Positions 62,927 through 64,000 of a stretch of 64,000 bases of DNA are shown piece by piece. Both the position numbers and the translations under genes were made by a program. Where the stretch lies: positions 79,191-143,190 of the forward strand of contig JBAZUT010000003.1 in the NCBI GenBank assembly GCA_041661265.1. The letters run 5' to 3'. How positions within the stretch are numbered: the first letter of the stretch is position 1; each line of letters starts with the position of its first letter. The DNA is from Minisyncoccota bacterium. Lineage in GTDB: Bacteria > Patescibacteriota > Minisyncoccia > JAHIHE01 > JAGLIN01. Below the pieces are notes generated by a model. The model was not told the origin of the DNA. It saw nothing but the letters and a program-made list of their open reading frames with translations, and ran no database searches.

Positions 62927-64000
62927 GTGCTAACAAGAGATATCCTACAACTTGCAACGAGGGTATTCAAGACGAACAAGCTTAGAACTCTTCTTACGAT
63001 CTTGGGTATCGGCGTGGGAATCGGAACAATATTGTTCTTGGTGTCTCTCGGATTCGGCTTGCAAAAACTGATATTGGAGCAGATTACAACATCCGATGCG
63101 CTTTCGACGCTGGACATATTCTCCGAAAACGCCGAACTCGTCGACCTCAACCAGGAAACTTTTCAAAAAATAGAGGCGACTGCGGATGTGGTCGAAGTCA
63201 GCCCGATGCTGAACATCCCTGCGCAGATCGAGATCAACAGCTTGAGTAGCGGAATAACAGTTAATGCGATCAAGGCGTCATATTTGAAGCTTTCCGGAAT
63301 AGAAATGAAGGCTGGAAGATCATTCACCGATGGAGAAACGAACAAGATCATAATATCGTCCGCGATCCTGAAGTCTTTCAACATCGAAAACGACAGCGAT
63401 GCAATTTCTTCAATTGCAGCGCTGAAATTATATCTTCCAAGGAAAACCGACGAATTATCGCCAGCCGCATCCGAAGATGTCGAGGAGGTAAATCTTCCAA
63501 ATGATTTTGAGGTTGTCGGAATCGTAGATGATGATTTCTCGGCGTTCGCATATGTACAGCTATCAGACATCGACTATCTGAATCTTCCAAGTTTTTCCAG
63601 GGCAAAAGTTAAAATTTCCAATCAAAATAAAGTTGAGGGGGTGCGCGAAAAATTGATAAATATGGGATTCAGCGTTTCATCGCTCTCTGATACGATCGAT
63701 GAGGCCAATAAGATATTCCAGGCAGTCCAAATCGTTCTGTCCCTGTTCGGAGCCGTCGCACTTATAGTATCTGCAATCGGAATGTTCAACACTATGACCA
63801 TTGCGCTTCTGGAAAGAACGCAGGAAATCGGCGTTATGAAATCGCTTGGAGCCTCCAGGAGCGATATTTGGAAGCTGTTCCTCGTCGAGTCCGTGCTTAT
63901 CGGATTCCTCGGAGGCGTCAGCGGCATAATGCTGGGGGTGGGAGCGGCAGCGGTCTCCAATTTCGCAATCAACAGGCTTGCATCGTCTTTGGGCGGAGAG
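62927..64000 (+). CDS. MacB/FtsX-like ABC transporter permease (partial, continues past window end)
   Basis: GTG start right after the ATPase stop. N-terminal TM (LRTLLTILGIGVGIGTILFLV), a large periplasmic domain, then FtsX-type helices (ALIVSAIGMFNTMTIALLERTQEIGVMKSLGA). No stop before 64000, so it is absent from the ORF track. Confidence 0.7.
   Translation, partial: MLTRDILQLATRVFKTNKLRTLLTILGIGVGIGTILFLVSLGFGLQKLILEQITTSDALSTLDIFSENAELVDLNQETFQKIEATADVVEVSPMLNIPAQIEINSLSSGITVNAIKASYLKLSGIEMKAGRSFTDGETNKIIISSAILKSFNIENDSDAISSIAALKLYLPRKTDELSPAASEDVEEVNLPNDFEVVGIVDDDFSAFAYVQLSDIDYLNLPSFSRAKVKISNQNKVEGVREKLINMGFSVSSLSDTIDEANKIFQAVQIVLSLFGAVALIVSAIGMFNTMTIALLERTQEIGVMKSLGASRSDIWKLFLVESVLIGFLGGVSGIMLGVGAAAVSNFAINRLASSLGGE

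Noticed and set aside
62604-63972. Minus-strand ORFs 62604-62957, 62911-63150, 62945-63166, 63163-63570, 63378-63605, 63622-63972
   Set aside because: The plus strand here encodes the ABC ATPase C-terminus and a clear MacB/FtsX-type permease that lacks a stop before the window end. The minus-strand ORFs are shadows.

Overview
AT-rich bacterial window that looks like a reduced, CPR/Patescibacteria-like genome. This is inference from rRNA intervening sequences, 16S universal-primer-site substitutions, compact operons, and many secreted or surface proteins. Layout: a short membrane-protein gene; tandem rRNA promoters; a split rRNA operon (16S, tRNA-Ile(GAT), tRNA-Ala(TGC), a small membrane-protein gene with its own RBS, terminator and promoter, then 23S with several insertions, then 5S); SEDS (FtsW/RodA), GlyRS, M24 peptidase, Nif3-like and a phosphoglycerate kinase whose domain order is circularly permuted. 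On the minus strand, a metG / four-helix-bundle / tatD / phosphoesterase / leuS operon in which LeuRS (1208 aa) carries an inserted RdgB/Ham1 ITPase domain and an ASCH-like insert. Then rsmI, AI-2E transporter, M16 peptidase, MBL hydrolase, DUF62-like, and a CAP-domain protein. A gene-poor gap is followed by a surface-protein locus: two tandem paralogous secreted proteins, a membrane-anchored beta-rich protein, and a 948-aa repeat-rich, cysteine-rich surface protein. Then malic enzyme, pstSCAB without phoU, ECF sigma / anti-sigma, HRDC-XseA plus XseB, GH1, EamA, a GH5-like enzyme, CorA, secE-nusG-rplK-(2 inserted genes)-rplA, a complete dCTP-to-dTDP operon (long-form Dcd, ThyA with an extra N-terminal domain, Tmk, Dut), GT4 + GH57 glucan genes, a REC-only response regulator, and an ABC ATPase (with an odd repeat-containing C-terminal extension) plus MacB/FtsX-like permease that runs off the window. 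No CRISPR array, transposase or integrase was seen. All protein calls rest on motif recognition from the translated ORFs, not on searches.
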